Shown: piece after piece, positions 28,539 through 32,000 of the stretch
Position numbering within the stretch: the first letter of the stretch is position 1
Layout: each line of letters opens with the position of its first letter
Source: Zymomonas mobilis subsp. mobilis ATCC 10988
Lineage (GTDB): Bacteria > Pseudomonadota > Alphaproteobacteria > Sphingomonadales > Sphingomonadaceae
Direction of reading: 5' to 3'
Length of the DNA: 32,000 nt
Assembly (NCBI RefSeq): GCF_000175255.2
Contig: NC_017262.1
Coordinates: forward strand, 570,001-602,000
Notes under the pieces: generated by a model
What the model was told of the DNA's origin: nothing
Seen by the model: the letters and a program-made list of their open reading frames with translations, nothing else
Databases searched by the model: none
Position numbers and translations under genes: made by a program

Positions 28539-31500
28539 CGCCTTTATCAGGTTTCTTTATTGTCTCAGAGTGATCGCTTTCCGCGGCTTCCGGAAATTCA
28601 ATGTCTTTTTTGGGATCATTACGGTGCATTAACGAAAAGAGCGAAGGCACAAAGAACAGGGATGCCGTGGTTGCGACAATCAATCCGCCGACAACAGCCC
28701 GTCCTAAAGGCGCATTTTGCTCACCGCCATCACCCAAGCCCAAAGCCATAGGCAACATACCGATAATCATCGCCAAGGCTGTCATCAAGACAGGTCTCAA
28801 ACGGGTTGCCCCCGCTTCAAGAGCGGCCTGCGCCGAAGTAAAGCCTTCTTCCATCTTTTCACGACAGAAGCTGATAACCAACACCGAGTTTGATGTTGCC
28901 ACACCCATACACATGATCGCCCCCGTCAAAGCTGGAACCGAAAGCGTCGTTTTCGTCACAAACAGCATCCAGATAATACCCGCCAAAGCGCCGGGCAAAG
29001 CGGCAATCACAATAAAAGGATCAAGCCATGACTGGAAGTTGATGACGATCAGCAAATAGATCAGAACAATCGCCCCCAATAAGCCAAAACCCATCCCTTG
29101 AAAGGCGGTATTCATTGTCTGATACTGCCCTCGCAAAGTAACCGTGACCCCTTTTGGCTTTTGCTTCTCCATTTCATGGATCACTTTCAAGATGTCATTA
29201 CTGACAGCCCCCAAATCGCGACCTTGGATAGAACCATAAATCTCGAACAATGAAGCCAGATTATATTGCGACGTCACCGCGCTACTATGGGTTCTGACAA
29301 TCGGGCCCAAAGCCCCCAGAATTTGAGGTTCAGGCGCGCGCATCCCCTCCCCTGAAATCGGGACATTGCCAAGATGCGCCAGACTATCCACCATATATTC
29401 CGGTGTCTGCGCCACAACAGGATAGGAAACGCCATTTTTCGGATCGACCCAGAAAACGGGTGCCAACTGCGAAGAACCAGCCAGCGAAGTTCCCAAGCTA
29501 TTGGTAACATCCAACTCTTTTAAGCCCAATTGAGCGATACGGGAACGATCGACCTTGACGGTAAATTCAGGATATTTGGAAGATTGCTGAATCCGGCTAT
29601 CAACCAATCCGGGTATTTTACGGACTTCCCGCAATAAAAGACGGGCATAGCTTTCATCATCAACCGGATTACGTCCCGTAACCTGAATATCAATCGGTGA
29701 AGGTGAACCGAAATTCAAAATCTGGGAAACAATATCAGCGGGCAGAAACGCAAAGGTTTCGGCCGGATATTCACGCGGCAATATTTCCCGCAACCGCTTG
29801 ATATAAGAATCGGTTGGCGCATGATCCTCCGTCAGACTGATCATGATATTCCCGTCCTGCATCCCAATCGAGCCCGTGGCATCATAGGTCGTATTGATCG
29901 CACTGGATGAAATACCGATATTATCAACCACCGATCTCAACTGATCGGCAGGGATAATCGAACGTATCCGGTTTTCAATACGGGCAAAAATAGCCGAAGT
30001 CTCTTCAATACGCGTCCCGATTGGCGCTCTAACATGAAGCGTAATCGATCCGGTATCAATCGACGGGAAGAAATTCCGTCCCAGAAAAGGCGACAGAGTA
30101 AAGGACAGAATAACAAAGCCGTAAAAAGCAACAATAAACAGCCATTTTGCGCGCAATGCCTTTTCCAAAAGATGGACATAGCCAAGGCGCATTTTTTCAA
30201 AATGATGCTCGAAACCCTGCTGGAAACGGACAAAGATATTCGACGATTTCACCGCATGTTCGGGGTCATGTTTATGCGGAATCGGCTTCAATAAATACAT
30301 CGCCAAAGTCGGCACCAAGGTGCGAGACAGCAGGAATGAGGCCAACATCGCAAAGATAACCGACATCCCCATCGGCGCGAACAGGAATCCGGCGATCCCC
30401 GGCAAAAAGAACATCGGGACAAAGGGAATACAAATACAAAGCGTTGAAACCAAAGCAGGTGTTGCGATCTGCATCGCCCCGTCAATAATGGCTGGAATAA
30501 CGTCTTTGCCATGCTCAAGATGCCAGTTGATATTCTCGATCGTGACGGTGCCGTCATCGACCAAGATACCCACAGCCAGCGCCAATCCTCCCAAGGTCAT
30601 GATATTCAGCGTTTGACCAAAGGCCGAAAGCAATCCCAAAGCTGACATAATCGCCAAAGGAATAGAAATAGCGATGATGACCGTTGACCGCCAAGAACCA
30701 AGGAACAACATAATCATCAAGCTGGTCAAAACGGCCGCAATCGCCGCTTCTCTAGCTACCCCAGAAATAGCTTCCTGAACAAAAATCGCCTGATTGGTCA
30801 AAGCGTCAACCCGCAAAGTGCTGGGCAAGCCAACCAGCAAGCTCGGAATTTTGGCAAGAATACCCGCCGCCACAGAAACAGTCGAAGCCGAACCATTTTT
30901 ATACACCGTCAGCAAAACGGAACGTGCGCCATCGACATGGACAACATTCGTCTGCGGAGCGGCACCATCACGCACATGGGCAACATCGCTGACATAAACG
31001 GTCGCACCATTCACGGTTTTAATCGGCAAATGGTTAAGCTGCTCGGTAGAACCCGGCACGTTATTGAGGCGGATATTATACTGATAAGGGCCTATTTTGG
31101 CGAAACCGGCTGGCGTAATCTGGGTCTGTTGAGCAATGGTATTTGAAATATCTTGAGCGGTTAGACCCTTAGATTGCAAAGCATGGGGATCAACGTCAAA
31201 TTGTATCTGACGCACACGCCCACCCCAAGGATAAGGGATAGCCGACCCCGGAACAGTAATAAGACCGGCACGTACGGCGTTAAAACTAAGGTCATTCAGC
31301 TGCTGTTCGGTTAAACCTTTACCATGAACAGAAAGCTGTAAAATCGGAACGGTGGACGCACTATAATTCAGGATAAGCGGAGGGTTGATCCCTCGCGGCA
31401 AAGATCGCAAAACTGTCTGGGCGCTGGCGGTAATCTGGGCATTGGCCAGACGAATATCCGTTCCCGGCTGAAAGAAAATCTTCACAATACCGAAATTGGC

Positions 31501-31761
31501 AATCGACATCGCTTCCAGATGGTCAATATTATTGACAACCGTTGTCATCGCTCGCTGGTAAGGCGTATTGATCCGGCTTTGGATGTCATCAGGGGACATC
31601 CCCTGAAACTGCCAAATGACAGCCACAATCGGGATTTTAATATCAGGAAAAATATCGGTCGGTGTTTTAAAGGCGGATAAAATCCCCACAATAAAAATCA
31701 TCACCGCCATAACAATAAAAGTATAAGGGCGACGGAGAGCAATGCGTACCAGCGCGAGCAT
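28510..31761 (-). CDS. RND efflux permease (AcrB/AcrD/AcrF superfamily), 1083 aa
   Basis: The protein has the 12-TM, two-large-periplasmic-loop architecture, with the N-terminus MLALVRIALRRPYTFIVMAV… and internal duplication typical of RND pumps. Confidence 0.95.
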   Translation of the reverse strand: MLALVRIALRRPYTFIVMAVMIFIVGILSAFKTPTDIFPDIKIPIVAVIWQFQGMSPDDIQSRINTPYQRAMTTVVNNIDHLEAMSIANFGIVKIFFQPGTDIRLANAQITASAQTVLRSLPRGINPPLILNYSASTVPILQLSVHGKGLTEQQLNDLSFNAVRAGLITVPGSAIPYPWGGRVRQIQFDVDPHALQSKGLTAQDISNTIAQQTQITPAGFAKIGPYQYNIRLNNVPGSTEQLNHLPIKTVNGATVYVSDVAHVRDGAAPQTNVVHVDGARSVLLTVYKNGSASTVSVAAGILAKIPSLLVGLPSTLRVDALTNQAIFVQEAISGVAREAAIAAVLTSLMIMLFLGSWRSTVIIAISIPLAIMSALGLLSAFGQTLNIMTLGGLALAVGILVDDGTVTIENINWHLEHGKDVIPAIIDGAMQIATPALVSTLCICIPFVPMFFLPGIAGFLFAPMGMSVIFAMLASFLLSRTLVPTLAMYLLKPIPHKHDPEHAVKSSNIFVRFQQGFEHHFEKMRLGYVHLLEKALRAKWLFIVAFYGFVILSFTLSPFLGRNFFPSIDTGSITLHVRAPIGTRIEETSAIFARIENRIRSIIPADQLRSVVDNIGISSSAINTTYDATGSIGMQDGNIMISLTEDHAPTDSYIKRLREILPREYPAETFAFLPADIVSQILNFGSPSPIDIQVTGRNPVDDESYARLLLREVRKIPGLVDSRIQQSSKYPEFTVKVDRSRIAQLGLKELDVTNSLGTSLAGSSQLAPVFWVDPKNGVSYPVVAQTPEYMVDSLAHLGNVPISGEGMRAPEPQILGALGPIVRTHSSAVTSQYNLASLFEIYGSIQGRDLGAVSNDILKVIHEMEKQKPKGVTVTLRGQYQTMNTAFQGMGFGLLGAIVLIYLLIVINFQSWLDPFIVIAALPGALAGIIWMLFVTKTTLSVPALTGAIMCMGVATSNSVLVISFCREKMEEGFTSAQAALEAGATRLRPVLMTALAMIIGMLPMALGLGDGGEQNAPLGRAVVGGLIVATTASLFFVPSLFSLMHRNDPKKDIEFPEAAESDHSETIKKPDKGDDTNGEVYA

Positions 31762-31791
31762 AAGCGGTGTTCCAGATCGTTGATACGGATG

Positions 31792-31825
31792 TCTGTTTGA
31801 TTTGCTTTTCTAAAAATCAAACAGA
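31792..31825. promoter_or_regulatory. 12-bp perfect inverted repeat TCTGTTTGATTT-N10-AAATCAAACAGA upstream of the RND operon
   Basis: Read directly from the sequence. It lies 31-64 bp upstream of the RND start codon (31761) and has no adjacent U-tract on either strand. Confidence 0.3.
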
Positions 31826-32000
31826 AGCAAAAAATAACGCGTCGTTGTAATTGTTTTACAGCCTATTTATGTCTGATATGCAACGTTAAATTTTCAATTT
31901 TAAATGTTAAATTTTTTTAGATCATGCCCAGTCGAATATCATAGCTGGCATTTTCTATTTAGCCCATCCTATAGCATATTTATGCCTTTTAAAGGGCAAA

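Overview
This looks like an ordinary chromosomal region from a moderate-GC Gram-negative bacterium. The protein set (many TonB-dependent receptors, NodT outer-membrane factors, gatCAB, a pyrB plus pyrC-like pair) suggests an alphaproteobacterium, possibly Sphingomonadales or Zymomonas-like; that is a guess from memory, not a search result.

Gene order, left to right:
- An ABC-2-type efflux operon: two permease genes, the first cut by the window edge, and a translationally coupled NodT outer-membrane lipoprotein.
- An SDR oxidoreductase.
- A 512-bp AT-rich leader followed by TonB-dependent receptor 1.
- A secreted S9 prolyl-oligopeptidase-family peptidase.
- On the minus strand, a small secreted cysteine-rich protein made of six tandem repeats, three of them near-identical 87-bp DNA units.
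- pyrB overlapping a dihydroorotase-like gene that lacks the HxH metal motif (PyrC-prime type).
- An ~850-bp IS5-family (IS427-group-like) element with 20-bp inverted repeats and a two-frame transposase.
- A visibly AT-rich segment carrying a small lipoprotein gene and TonB-dependent receptor 2.
- A three-gene membrane flavoprotein dehydrogenase: Tat-signal small subunit, GMC/FAD large subunit, triheme cytochrome c.
- ruvX/yqgF, then gatC-gatA-gatB.
- A LysR-family regulator.
- An RND efflux operon in the order permease, adaptor, outer-membrane factor.

I see no CRISPR array, tRNA or rRNA gene, prophage, or recognisable defence or toxin-antitoxin module, and no convincing evidence for a new multi-gene system. 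The items most worth follow-up are the repeat protein, the IS sitting next to the pyrB promoter, the degenerate dihydroorotase partner, the IS-flanked AT-rich receptor segment, and several perfect palindromes in the receptor 1 and RND leaders.
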